Shown in pieces: positions 17,249-26,551 of a stretch of DNA of 64,000 nt (its first letter is position 1; the number at the start of each line of letters is the position of its first letter). The position numbers and the translations under genes were made by a program. The notes beneath the pieces are model-generated. The model was not told where the DNA came from. It saw only the letters and a program-made list of their open reading frames with translations, and made no database searches. Where the stretch lies: positions 23,714 to 87,713 of IMG/VR virus record IMGVR_UViG_2513237087_000004; one strand, 5' to 3'. Source of the DNA: a virus (lineage: Duplodnaviria; Caudoviricetes).

Positions 17249-18951
17249 TCTGCTGCGCCCCGGTTCTGCCGGGCTCCCTTTTCGAGATAGCGCTGCGCCA
17301 GCGCCACGAGGTTGCTGACGTCGGTGTGGACGGGCTCCGGGGCGAGGTGCGGATCGTTCACGCCATGCTGCTCGCTCGACTTGATGCCGAGGCGGGAGAT
17401 CACCACCGGGTCGGAGCCGTCTTCGCTCACCAGGAAGTGGGCCGATACCGGATTTTCCTGGCCCTCGCGATCAAGGCGCCAGATGAGTTGCTGATGCACG
17501 CCAGGCGACCAATCCAATTCGCCCACCACCAGGTCGCTGAAGCGATACTGGAGACCATCCAGGCCGGCCCCGGATCGCAGGCTGATGATCATGAGGTTGG
17601 TGTCCCCGTTCATCGCAGCCTTCTTCGCTCGGTCCTTGGCCGCCGGGGACTCCGATCCGGTGTACATGACCGGGTTGAAGTCCTTCAGTTCCTCCAGCCA
17701 TATCGAATAGACTTCGCGGTGCCAGCCCGCGAGCAGCACCGGCTGATCGTTCTCCAACAGCAGCCGGACGTAGCCCGCTGCGCTGCGCGCCTTGGAGATG
17801 CCGGTAGCCTCCCGCAGCCGCCAGTCGAGTTCGCGCACGGCCTCGCCGCGCTCGGTGAACGAGCCGGATGTCGCAGTGATGGCGAGCTGGCGCGCGATCT
17901 GCTCCACCGCGTCGAGGTCTTTCTGATTGTGCTCGACGGTGTGGATGATGCGGTTGACCGGCGGCATCTGCTGCCCGACGTCGGCCTTGGTCCGGCGCAG
18001 GTAGACATGCTGCTCCCGGAGATAGGTGCCAAGCGCCTTCGGGTCCTTCAGGTGCCTGCCGTCAGGCGCCCATTCTCGGATGAAATCGTAACGATCACCC
18101 AGGACGTTGGGGTCGATGAACTTCAGGACGTCATAGATCTCGATGCCGTAGCCATAGATCGGCGAGCCGGTGAGGCCAAGGCGGCGTGTCGCATTGTCGG
18201 CGAGCACCTTGGCGGCGGCACCCATGTCCGACTGCTCGCCGGTGCGCAACTTCTGGATCTCGTCGAAGATGGCCGTCGGAATGCGCATCTGCGCAAACAC
18301 GTCGGCCCACCCTCGGATCTGCGAATAGCGGAAGATGTAGACGTCGCCGCCGGGCAGGCGCTCGCGGTCCGGCATGGTGCCCCTGACGCTGTAGCAGCGC
18401 AGCGTGGTGAACGCCTCCAGCTTTTCCTTCCACTGGCGCTGGAGATGGGCCTCAACCACGATCGCCGCCGGCAGAGCGCGGGGCCGCAGGCAGGCGAGGC
18501 CGCCGACATAGGTCTTCCCAAGTCCGCCGACGTCGCCGAGCAGCAACGAGCCGCGGCGGTACCACATCTCCACCGCCTCGTGCTGGTAGCGCCGGCCGTC
18601 CTGGCCCGGCTTCAGCCCGGCGGCCACCGCGGGCGGCGTCCATGTTGGCAGGAAGATGCGTTCCATCTCCGCCGCACTGCGTTCGAACAGCGACCGCCCA
18701 CCCTTGAGCTCGCCAAGGTCCGTGTCGCTGATGGTGAAGCTATAGCGGCTGGTGAACCACTCCAGGTCCGCGCAAGTCGCGGCGTCGTGTCCGAGCTTGA
18801 AGGGCGACGTCGATGTCTTGGGGATTCGCGGGAAGATCTGCTTCAGGCGGATGCAGACGTGCGGCTCCAATTCGTCGATGACCCAGGTCCGGCCCTCGAG
18901 ACGCAGCTTGCCGACCGGGCGCAGAGCAGGAACGGTGCGGATCAGATCCAT
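17245..18951 (-). CDS. SNF2-family helicase/ATPase
   Basis: GDVGGLGKT, FDEIQ, LTGSP, YLRRTK, SGAGLDGLQ, QLIWRLDREGQ. Confidence 0.9.
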   Translation of the reverse strand: MDLIRTVPALRPVGKLRLEGRTWVIDELEPHVCIRLKQIFPRIPKTSTSPFKLGHDAATCADLEWFTSRYSFTISDTDLGELKGGRSLFERSAAEMERIFLPTWTPPAVAAGLKPGQDGRRYQHEAVEMWYRRGSLLLGDVGGLGKTYVGGLACLRPRALPAAIVVEAHLQRQWKEKLEAFTTLRCYSVRGTMPDRERLPGGDVYIFRYSQIRGWADVFAQMRIPTAIFDEIQKLRTGEQSDMGAAAKVLADNATRRLGLTGSPIYGYGIEIYDVLKFIDPNVLGDRYDFIREWAPDGRHLKDPKALGTYLREQHVYLRRTKADVGQQMPPVNRIIHTVEHNQKDLDAVEQIARQLAITATSGSFTERGEAVRELDWRLREATGISKARSAAGYVRLLLENDQPVLLAGWHREVYSIWLEELKDFNPVMYTGSESPAAKDRAKKAAMNGDTNLMIISLRSGAGLDGLQYRFSDLVVGELDWSPGVHQQLIWRLDREGQENPVSAHFLVSEDGSDPVVISRLGIKSSEQHGVNDPHLAPEPVHTDVSNLVALAQRYLEKGARQNRGAAE

Positions 18952-19295
18952 GCGGCCCCCAGCGATGCGACCGCCGCGCGCTTGCCGTTGATTAGCGGCG
19001 GCAGCGTCATGGGCACATTCGAGACGAGGAGCATCGCGGTGACCGCCTCATGGCTGGCATACCGCAGGAGTTGGCGATAGATCGAAGCCTTCGACCCGCC
19101 TGTCTTCACCTCAATGGCGAGGCCGCCTGCCACGAGGAAATCCACGATATCTCCCGGCGCCAAGCGCTTCTCGCGCTCAAACGGGATGGCTGACTCCACG
19201 AGGATCTGCTCGATATCGGCCTGCGTCCGCTTCTCGTCCGTGAGGTCAATACGACGGCGACGGAGGAGCTCCACGATGATGCCGATATGGCTCAC
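18942..19295 (-). CDS. PD-(D/E)XK nuclease-like protein
   Basis: IVDFLVAGGLAIEVK...YRQLLRY; adjacent to SNF2. Confidence 0.7.
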   Translation of the reverse strand: MSHIGIIVELLRRRRIDLTDEKRTQADIEQILVESAIPFEREKRLAPGDIVDFLVAGGLAIEVKTGGSKASIYRQLLRYASHEAVTAMLLVSNVPMTLPPLINGKRAAVASLGAAWI

Positions 19296-19348
19296 GACGC
19301 GCCCCCGAGGTTCATCGGCGCGCCGGAAGTCGTGCTATCCTGGCAGGC

Positions 19349-19585
19349 ATGTGCAGCAACGTTGAAGCCATCGCCCGAGCGGTGTGCGAGCGGGAACTTC
19401 AGGCGAACTGGTCCGGGGCGGCGCTCGCCCTGGCGGTCGAGAAGTTCTGGCCCGTGGTGGCCGCACAGATCGAGGCCGGGCACCGCACCGATGACGGCGA
19501 GGAGATCCCCGTCCCGCTCGAGGCCGGCCTTGCGGCATGGCGCGTCTGGCAGGCACGCCATGCCGAATGGAAGCGCTGGTGGTAG
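19349..19585 (+). CDS. Hypothetical protein, opposite to operon
   Basis: 78 aa; VEAIARAVCERE...FWPVVAAQIEAG. Confidence 0.55.
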   Translation: MCSNVEAIARAVCERELQANWSGAALALAVEKFWPVVAAQIEAGHRTDDGEEIPVPLEAGLAAWRVWQARHAEWKRWW

Positions 19586-19642
19586 GGTCTTTGCTGGGCC
19601 CCTGCGAACGGGCGCGCGTGGTACGTGGGGGGGCAATCGATT

Positions 19643-20317
19643 ATGCGCATGACAATTGCTGTGGGCGCGCTGTCTGGCGCGGTCGCGGCCTGTTTGGTCG
19701 TTGGCTTCGCCCTTTGGCTCAACGGCTTCGGAGAGCCATGGATCGGGTTTGCCGGCGGCGTTGCCGGAGGACTTGTCGGAGGCATCCTGACGCTCGCGGC
19801 CGGATACATGGCTTTCCACGCCGCTATGGTCGAGGTGAAGGCTAATGCTGATGAGGCGACGGCCCGAAAGGCTTTGGCACTCAGGGCGGTGGACAAGGTC
19901 CTTACCACCTACATCCGGCACATGAACGACGTTTATGAAAAGCACAAAGATAACGTGTCCAGCTTTGATCAGAGCGACCTGATTTACTTTCAAGTCGATC
20001 TCAGTGCTATGATCGCAGCCATTGAAGGTGATAGTTTTTGGCGAGTTGGAGACGATATTCAAATTCGTCTTATAGACGTCGTCGGCGCGATCGGATTGAT
20101 TCCGCGGCAAGTCGAAGATACGCGATATCACCGCCATCCCGTTGCGGACGTCGCCAGAACCTGGAAGCCCATCATCGACAACCTGAGGCAGATCAAATCG
20201 CTGTGCGACCGGGAACTGGACGAGATCGGTGCCAAGCGGCGCTCTCGTAGACCATGGCAGGTATTCTCGGGCGACATCCTGCGTCAACGCAGAGGCCGGC
20301 GAAAGAAGATGCAATAG
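19643..20317 (+). CDS. Moron-like membrane protein (two N-terminal TM helices)
   Basis: Hydrophobic Gly-rich N-terminus, soluble helical C-terminus, visibly lower GC. Confidence 0.65.
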   Translation: MRMTIAVGALSGAVAACLVVGFALWLNGFGEPWIGFAGGVAGGLVGGILTLAAGYMAFHAAMVEVKANADEATARKALALRAVDKVLTTYIRHMNDVYEKHKDNVSSFDQSDLIYFQVDLSAMIAAIEGDSFWRVGDDIQIRLIDVVGAIGLIPRQVEDTRYHRHPVADVARTWKPIIDNLRQIKSLCDRELDEIGAKRRSRRPWQVFSGDILRQRRGRRKKMQ

Positions 20318-20433
20318 CTTGTCAAATTCGTAGACATTCCCCTGCGCAGACATCCGCCTACACCACGCGATTGCCGCCATGATAGCGGCGATCTCGGTCG
20401 CACCGACGGACGGCAGATCTGGTGTCGGATCGG

Positions 20434-21000
20434 TCACAGCCCGCACCCCGCTTCGCACCGCGGGAGCCGCTCCCCCACCCAGGCTGGCAGGCATTCAAGG
20501 ACGTGAAGGCGCTTCTTCGACATGCCGGCGAACCGCCAACCTGCCTGATAGTAGCAATGTCCCCATGTCGGCCAGGACGCACGAAAGGTGGGTTTCACCT
20601 CCCGCGGATCGACAAACGTGAACAGCCTTTCGCCCGGCCACCTCGCCCAGGCTCTCGCCATAGCCGCCAGGAGCAACGAACTGGCGCCGCCACCGACCTC
20701 ACGGCGATAGACGGCGCAGTTCACGCCGGACTGTCCGTCAGCTCGGTGTTCTGATCTGCGCCAAACGCAAAGGGCGCCCGCGTCCGCACTCACCAGGATC
20801 AGCTTCTGGCCCGGGCCACAGATCAATTTGGGCCGTGTGCGGGATCGATGATCGCCGGCTGAATAATGGCGCTCGAAGATCGCCCGCGCGGTGTCGTCTC
20901 CATCACGGACCTCGATCCAACCCGAGCCGATCAGGAATGGCTGAACTTCGACGCGGGCCATCTTCGGGGGTGACGGGGAGGTAGTGGCGATCTTGGTCAT
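20434..21000 (-). CDS. Mom-like GNAT-fold protein (putative DNA base acyltransferase)
   Basis: VNCAVYRRE...LFTFVDPREV...GHCYYQAGWRFAG parallels the Mom-family SYAD...GH.G.IYQA.NW.Y.G motif. Confidence 0.55.
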   Translation of the reverse strand: MTKIATTSPSPPKMARVEVQPFLIGSGWIEVRDGDDTARAIFERHYSAGDHRSRTRPKLICGPGQKLILVSADAGALCVWRRSEHRADGQSGVNCAVYRREVGGGASSLLLAAMARAWARWPGERLFTFVDPREVKPTFRASWPTWGHCYYQAGWRFAGMSKKRLHVLECLPAWVGERLPRCEAGCGL

Positions 21001-21010
21001 GATGTCGCCT

Positions 21011-22225
21011 TCACATCAGCAACGGCTGAACGGTGCCGTCGGCATAGACGGAATCCATCGGCATGTCGGCATTCGGCTCGTCCCCATCCCAGCCATTGGG
21101 CCACGTCTTGGCCGCGATCAGTTCGCGGATTCGGGATTCCTCTTCAGCATTGAGCAGGTCGATCAGCGGGCGACCCTGGGCCACGGCGGCGACGTTCACC
21201 TCGTCCTGGATCGTCAGGATCCGGTTCAGCGCCATCATTCTGGCATCGAATGTCAGCGGCCCCTGCCGCTGCTGGTTCTTCACCAGCGAGCCGTCCTTGC
21301 GCTTCTCGCCGCCGGGCTGCCGCAGCCGGTTCTTCGGTTCCCGCAGTTCCCGGTAGAGCGGCTTCAGCCCCTTCAGCGGCGCCAGATAGGCCCACTGGGG
21401 GGCGCGCAGTATGGTGTCCAGCGCCAAGTCTTTAGAGGCCAATGGGCAGCCGGCGCAGCCGGTGCGCGCGTTGATCTCCTCCGCCTCGTCGCCGCCATAG
21501 GCATCTGCCACGGCCGCGCTCTCCCAGCCGCCATATTCCTCCATGGGCGCGTAGATGCGCAGCCAGTCCCACACGTTGCAGACGCGCCAGTGCAGGATGG
21601 GCGCAAGGGTCGCAAGCCGGCCACGGATGCCCTTCGCCTCCGGCAGCAGCTTCTGGTACCAGCCCTGCCCGCACTCAGCCCCGTTCGTCCCGCAGGACAT
21701 GGTGATGCGCTGGTCGCGCACCGCGCTTTCTCCCTCGCGAACGCCGGTGATCATGAGCACCTGGCCGTCGATGCTGGCGAGCCTCGCCTCGAGCGCATCG
21801 GCCATGGGGTCGATCTTGATCTGCCGAGTGCACCAGCGCAGCGTGTTGTTGTTCGGGGGCGGCACGCCCCGTCCCAGGATGTAGACGAGGAAACGCTTGT
21901 CCAAGGGCGCGCGCACCACCTCGCAATGGATGCCGCGCGCAGCGAGCTGCGCCATGATCCGCGTCGCGGAGATGTACAGGGGCGGAAGCTCCTGGCGAGT
22001 GTCGGCGTAGAAAACCGTAAGGGACTTCGGCGGGGCGATCCGTCCGACATCAATCAGGTGCACGATGAGGGTTAGCGTCGCCGTGGAATCCTTGCCGCCT
22101 GACCAAGCGATGGCCCAATGGTCATGCAGCGGGCCATAGGCCTGCATCGACGCGACAGTGAACTCGACAGCTTCATCATAGGCGAGCCGCTTCGACCCTT
22201 CGAATAGTGTTGGTTGTGCGGTCAT
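21011..22225 (-). CDS. PAPS reductase family (DndC-like PP-loop) protein
   Basis: AWSGGKDS, FYADTRQE, RWCTRQIKIDP, TGVREGES, ARTGCAGC. Confidence 0.88.
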   Translation of the reverse strand: MTAQPTLFEGSKRLAYDEAVEFTVASMQAYGPLHDHWAIAWSGGKDSTATLTLIVHLIDVGRIAPPKSLTVFYADTRQELPPLYISATRIMAQLAARGIHCEVVRAPLDKRFLVYILGRGVPPPNNNTLRWCTRQIKIDPMADALEARLASIDGQVLMITGVREGESAVRDQRITMSCGTNGAECGQGWYQKLLPEAKGIRGRLATLAPILHWRVCNVWDWLRIYAPMEEYGGWESAAVADAYGGDEAEEINARTGCAGCPLASKDLALDTILRAPQWAYLAPLKGLKPLYRELREPKNRLRQPGGEKRKDGSLVKNQQRQGPLTFDARMMALNRILTIQDEVNVAAVAQGRPLIDLLNAEEESRIRELIAAKTWPNGWDGDEPNADMPMDSVYADGTVQPLLM

Positions 22226-22608
22226 TCAGCCAACTCCCGTGCTGCCGGCAATCCGCCTTTCAGCCGCCGGCGCGTTTCCTTATCGAGCGAGTATCCCTGC
22301 CCCCACACGGTGGTGATGACGACGCCGAAGGGCGCGACCTTCTTCCGGATCTTGCAGATGAAGACGTCCACGATCTTCTCGTTCGCGGCGTCGCGGCCGT
22401 CGTTGTGATAGAGCGCCGCCATCAGGAAGTCCTTGGTTGCCATGTCACGTGCCGTAAGCGCACCCATCACCACCACCTCGGCCTTGGTGAGCCACCATTC
22501 GATGGGGACGACGATCCGCCAGCCTAGGAGACCTTCGAGTTGCGCCACGCGCTCGCGCAGCACCTCGTTCTCGGCCACCACGACCTCAAGCCTTGCTGCG
22601 AGATCCAT
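22222..22608 (-). CDS. Orphan OmpR-type winged-helix protein similar to the CtrA DNA-binding domain
   Basis: ATKDFLMAALY...NEKIVDVFICKIRKK...ITTVWGQGYSL versus CtrA TKEMFLNHLY...ELKIIDVFICKLRKK...IETVWGRGYVL; coiled coil in place of receiver domain. Confidence 0.8.
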   Translation of the reverse strand: MDLAARLEVVVAENEVLRERVAQLEGLLGWRIVVPIEWWLTKAEVVVMGALTARDMATKDFLMAALYHNDGRDAANEKIVDVFICKIRKKVAPFGVVITTVWGQGYSLDKETRRRLKGGLPAARELAE

Positions 22609-23422
22609 GGCGCCTTCTCGTATTGCGATAGAGGACGACGATCAGCGCACGCCAGCGCGGCATGCCTTTCGCCGCAGCGAACTGTGCGGCCTCTCGGTCA
22701 GCCGAAGGACCCATGCCGCGGATCGCGGTGGCGAGATCGCTGGACTCCACCTCGCCGGCATAATCCGCACCGTGCAGCAGTTCGCTGGCCGCTTTGAGCA
22801 GATCGGCCGAGATCGGCGCGCACTTCGCTTCCACCAGGCACTGCACCACCTGCCGGGCTTTCATCGCGCCGAGGCGCGAACACATGGAGCGGAGGGTGGA
22901 GATCGCCATGGTGTCGCCCACCTCATAGGCACCATTGGCGGGCGGAACCTTCAACACCCGCGCGCCGGCCCGCTCACACACCTGCTGGATGGTCTGCTCA
23001 TCAGGGTCACCGGCCGCCACGGCCGCGTGAAAGAGTTGGGTTGGCGTGACCGAGATGCGGTCGCGATTGTGCCCGATGAATGCCCGGGCCCGCTGGAGCA
23101 GATCCGCAGCTTCCACCACCATGACCGGGATCTCCGCAATGTCGGGATGCGACGCCGCTGCCAAGGCAGTGTGCTGGCCGTCGAGCACATGAAACGCGCC
23201 GTCGATCTCAACCACCACCGGCGGTTTGAAGCGGCGCCAGTCCCACTCGCCGATGATCCGGCGAAGCAGACGCATGGATCGCTCGGACAGGTTGCGCTGA
23301 TAGGTATCGTCGACCAGCAATTTTTCCGGCGCGATCCAGATGAACCGGGGAGCCGCGGTGATCGCGACCGAAGGGGTAAGGTCGGGAAAGACCAGCGGAG
23401 AGATGGGGCGGATCTGCGTCAT
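22586..23422 (-). CDS. ParB/Srx-like N-terminal domain protein (DUF6551-like)
   Basis: LLVDDTYQRNL...FHVLDGQHTALAA. Confidence 0.78.
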   Translation of the reverse strand: MTQIRPISPLVFPDLTPSVAITAAPRFIWIAPEKLLVDDTYQRNLSERSMRLLRRIIGEWDWRRFKPPVVVEIDGAFHVLDGQHTALAAASHPDIAEIPVMVVEAADLLQRARAFIGHNRDRISVTPTQLFHAAVAAGDPDEQTIQQVCERAGARVLKVPPANGAYEVGDTMAISTLRSMCSRLGAMKARQVVQCLVEAKCAPISADLLKAASELLHGADYAGEVESSDLATAIRGMGPSADREAAQFAAAKGMPRWRALIVVLYRNTRRRHGSRSKA

Positions 23423-25533
23423 TCCGCTGCCTCAAGGAAGAGCGACGCCTGACCGTGAGCAGGTGGGCGCCGGCGCGGCGCGCGCACCTCGCGCGGCTGA
23501 TAATTCGCCGCCACCAAAGCGCGGGACTCGGTCGGGCACACCGCGTTGCCGCACATATGCCCTTGCTGCTCCAGGCTGAACCGGATCACCTCGCCGTCCT
23601 CGTCGAGGCCATGGTCAATGATGTAGTCGCGCGGGAAGCCGTTGGCGTTGTAGCGCTCTCGCGGGGTGAGCATCCGCATGCAGATGTCCACCACCACGAA
23701 GGTAGCCCCGTCGATGTCCACGGTGACGAGATCGCCGCCATCCCAGCAGCCGTGCGCCCGCAGGAAGTCCGCCACCTGGCGCGCCCGCGCCTCATGCTCG
23801 GCGCCGAAGGGCGGTGGTGCTGCCTCCGCCTGGACGAGGCCGAAGCGCGGCTTGGCGGTGTCCGTGCGCATCGGATCGACCACCGAGGCGCCATCGTCAT
23901 CGGTGCCGTAATAGACGGTCATCAGCGGCAGGGACACGAGCGCGTCATGCTGACCGCCGGCGGACTGGGTGCGCACCGGCACGTCCGCCGGAGAATCCCG
24001 TCGCTCGCTCCCGCGCAGCGTCAGCATGTGGGCAGTGACAAGCGACTGCTGACTGCCGGTCACGGTGATGGTGGAGGCTGGCTCATCGGCTGGATGACCG
24101 GGGGCACCAGGGCGCGGCCCGTCGTTGTGCTGCGCCACATAAGCCGCCACCAGCGCGGTTTTGCCGCCGCCGCCCGCCGTGACAGTGCCAACCGGCTCGC
24201 CGGCATCCGAGCCCACCGACGCGCCGAACTGGCGGGACAGATGGACCACAGCGAGGCTGCCCTCATTGCCAGTGGGCACCGGGGTCGGCCCCGGCACATC
24301 CGCCGTATACGTGCGCGGCTCCTGACCCGGCCGCTCCCCGTAGCGGGGCACGAGATAAGGCGCGACCACACACAGGTCAGCCTTGGCCGTCTGCGTGAGC
24401 ACCGGCACATCGCCGGGGCGCGGCTCGGACTGGCCGGCCCGGCCGCCACACCCCGCCAGCACGGGGGCGACGAGAGCATTCTGATCCTTGCGCGATGCCG
24501 TGATGGTCTGCACTGGCGCATCCGGCGCCCGCAGTCCGCCGCCCTGCTGGGCATAGGCCACGAAGGGCATGACGAGCGCATCGTCCCGCTTGCCGGTCAT
24601 GGCGGTGAGCGGCACGTCCGTCGCTCGGTCGCGCGCCTCATCGCGCGCGGTGTGGTTCACCTTCACCACGAAGGGCCGCGCCGCATCGAGCACATAGCGC
24701 CGCACGCCCTTGGCGATGCGGGCCTGCGTCTTGTCCGCCAGCGGGCGCTTGGCGCGGATGCCCAGCTTGCGATGGATTTCCGCGCTGCTGTCGAAGATCG
24801 AGGGGATGGGCAACGTGAAGTCGATGCAGTCGGCCGCCGTCACCCAGGGCTTGAGCGTGCCGGCCGCGATGCGCGCCGCGTCCTCCGCCACGGTCGGGTT
24901 GCCGTGCGTCGACTCGGGCCACACGATGGGCTCGCCATCGCGGCGCATGATCATGTAGAGGCGCTTGCGGATGGTGCCAGAACCCGAGCCCCAAGCCCGC
25001 CGCTGGCGCCATTCGATCTGGCCATAGCCGAGATCCGCCCACGCCGCGCAGAAAGCCTTGAACGTTTCGCCTTTGCGCACCGGGCAGCGCTTTCCGTCGG
25101 GCTGGAGCGGCCCCCAATCCACGTATTCCTCGACGTTTTCGAGAAAGACGACACGCGGCCGCTGCCACTTGGGCAGGGCCTTGATCCAGCCGACGATGGC
25201 CCAGCCGATGCCCCGCGTGGTGCGGTCGCCATCCCGGCGCGGCGCCGCGCCCTTGGCCTTGGAATGGTCGGTGCAGTCCGGCGACATCCAGAGCATGCCG
25301 ATGGGCAGGCCCGCGCACATGGAGACGCTGTCCACCGTCGCCACGTCCTGGAGCAGGTGGCGCGTGGCCGGGTGGTTGATGCGATGCATCGCCATGGCGA
25401 AGTGGTCATGGTTGATGGCGATGTCCGGATCGCGCCCGAGCGCCATGCGAATGCCGGTGCTGGCGCCCCCGCCACCGGCGAAGCTATCGATCACCAGTTC
25501 ATGCAAAGTGGCTCGTTGGACATGCACGTTCAT
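23419..25533 (-). CDS. DNA cytosine-5 methyltransferase
   Basis: DSFAGGGG (motif I), SPDC (IV), LENVEE (VI), RKRL (VIII), RMLTPRERYNANGFP...GNAVCP (IX-X); likely start ATG 25533. Confidence 0.92.
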   Translation of the reverse strand: MNVHVQRATLHELVIDSFAGGGGASTGIRMALGRDPDIAINHDHFAMAMHRINHPATRHLLQDVATVDSVSMCAGLPIGMLWMSPDCTDHSKAKGAAPRRDGDRTTRGIGWAIVGWIKALPKWQRPRVVFLENVEEYVDWGPLQPDGKRCPVRKGETFKAFCAAWADLGYGQIEWRQRRAWGSGSGTIRKRLYMIMRRDGEPIVWPESTHGNPTVAEDAARIAAGTLKPWVTAADCIDFTLPIPSIFDSSAEIHRKLGIRAKRPLADKTQARIAKGVRRYVLDAARPFVVKVNHTARDEARDRATDVPLTAMTGKRDDALVMPFVAYAQQGGGLRAPDAPVQTITASRKDQNALVAPVLAGCGGRAGQSEPRPGDVPVLTQTAKADLCVVAPYLVPRYGERPGQEPRTYTADVPGPTPVPTGNEGSLAVVHLSRQFGASVGSDAGEPVGTVTAGGGGKTALVAAYVAQHNDGPRPGAPGHPADEPASTITVTGSQQSLVTAHMLTLRGSERRDSPADVPVRTQSAGGQHDALVSLPLMTVYYGTDDDGASVVDPMRTDTAKPRFGLVQAEAAPPPFGAEHEARARQVADFLRAHGCWDGGDLVTVDIDGATFVVVDICMRMLTPRERYNANGFPRDYIIDHGLDEDGEVIRFSLEQQGHMCGNAVCPTESRALVAANYQPREVRAPRRRPPAHGQASLFLEAAE

Positions 25534-25558
25534 GAGGCCATCTCGCTCATGTTCGCCT

Positions 25559-26551
25559 TCAGTGCTGGAGGAAGCTGATGCGCTTGGTCGAGGACCAGCA
25601 CAGGGCGCAAGTGGAACAGGAGTCGGTCTTACCGACCTGCTGCGGGCAGAGGATCGCGTCGTCCGGCACCTGAAGCGGATGCTCCACCGTGATGGTCGAG
25701 CACTCATCGATCGGCGCATTGGAGAAGCGGATGGCGAACCGGGCCCAGCGCTTCTTCACCAGGGCCACCAGGGCAGCGGCGATCGGGTCCTTCTCGACCT
25801 GCCACCTGGCGCTGAAGCCGAAGACGTGGAGTTCGGAGTGGCGGTCGAGCAGCGCGGCCCAAAGCTTGACGTAGCCGACCGAGTAGAAATCCCCAAGGAC
25901 GTGGAGGCGAACCGCGAAGCCCGCCGGATACCGGAACGACAGCACTGCCACCTCTGCGGCCAACCGCTCTTCCATGTCCGCGCCGTGCTCCACGCGGTTG
26001 GCGTGGTGCATGTGATTTCCGTAGCAGGACCGCCAATGCCGGCACGAACTCGGGCAGGTCGCCCGCTCCTCGAGCGTGAGCGTGAAGACTGGGAAGCCGG
26101 ACCAGGGCCCCTTCATGATCCGTTCGCCGATCTTCCAATGGTTCTTGCCGGAGACCAGAAGGTTGGGCAGCCCGCGGGGCGACACCACCGTCGTCGGGTA
26201 GACGGAGCGCGCTTCGCTGAGCGCCGCGTGGTCCACAGGCGGCATGACCGCGCGTTCGGTGGTGGCCACCTTCGGCTCGAACCTCGACAGCGCCGGACGG
26301 TCGGCCTTGCGGATTGGTTCGACCCCGCCGGCCCGCCGCCCTGTGGGCCGCTTCAAGTTCAGGCTGAGGCGTTTGATGCGCACATAGCCGGTGGAGATGC
26401 CGAAGGCCTTGGCCATCTGCTCGTCCGACCGTCCGGCGAGGAAGGCCTCCTTGATCTGCAGGTCAGTCACCTTTGGCCTGCGGCCCGGCGACGGTAGGCG
26501 AACGATCTCCGCTGAGATTATGGACGGGAGCACGCGGCCGGTGGCCTTCAT
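25559..26551 (-). CDS. HTH + gp88-like Cys-cluster (radical-SAM-like) protein
   Basis: N-terminal HTH; TLEERATCPSSCRHWRSCYG, VRLHVLGDF, terminal CPQQ...CSTCALCW. Confidence 0.7.
   Translation of the reverse strand: MKATGRVLPSIISAEIVRLPSPGRRPKVTDLQIKEAFLAGRSDEQMAKAFGISTGYVRIKRLSLNLKRPTGRRAGGVEPIRKADRPALSRFEPKVATTERAVMPPVDHAALSEARSVYPTTVVSPRGLPNLLVSGKNHWKIGERIMKGPWSGFPVFTLTLEERATCPSSCRHWRSCYGNHMHHANRVEHGADMEERLAAEVAVLSFRYPAGFAVRLHVLGDFYSVGYVKLWAALLDRHSELHVFGFSARWQVEKDPIAAALVALVKKRWARFAIRFSNAPIDECSTITVEHPLQVPDDAILCPQQVGKTDSCSTCALCWSSTKRISFLQH

Noticed and set aside
21011-22225. A complete Dnd phosphorothioation system
   Set aside because: Only a DndC-like PP-loop gene; no DndA/B/D/E homologues recognisable
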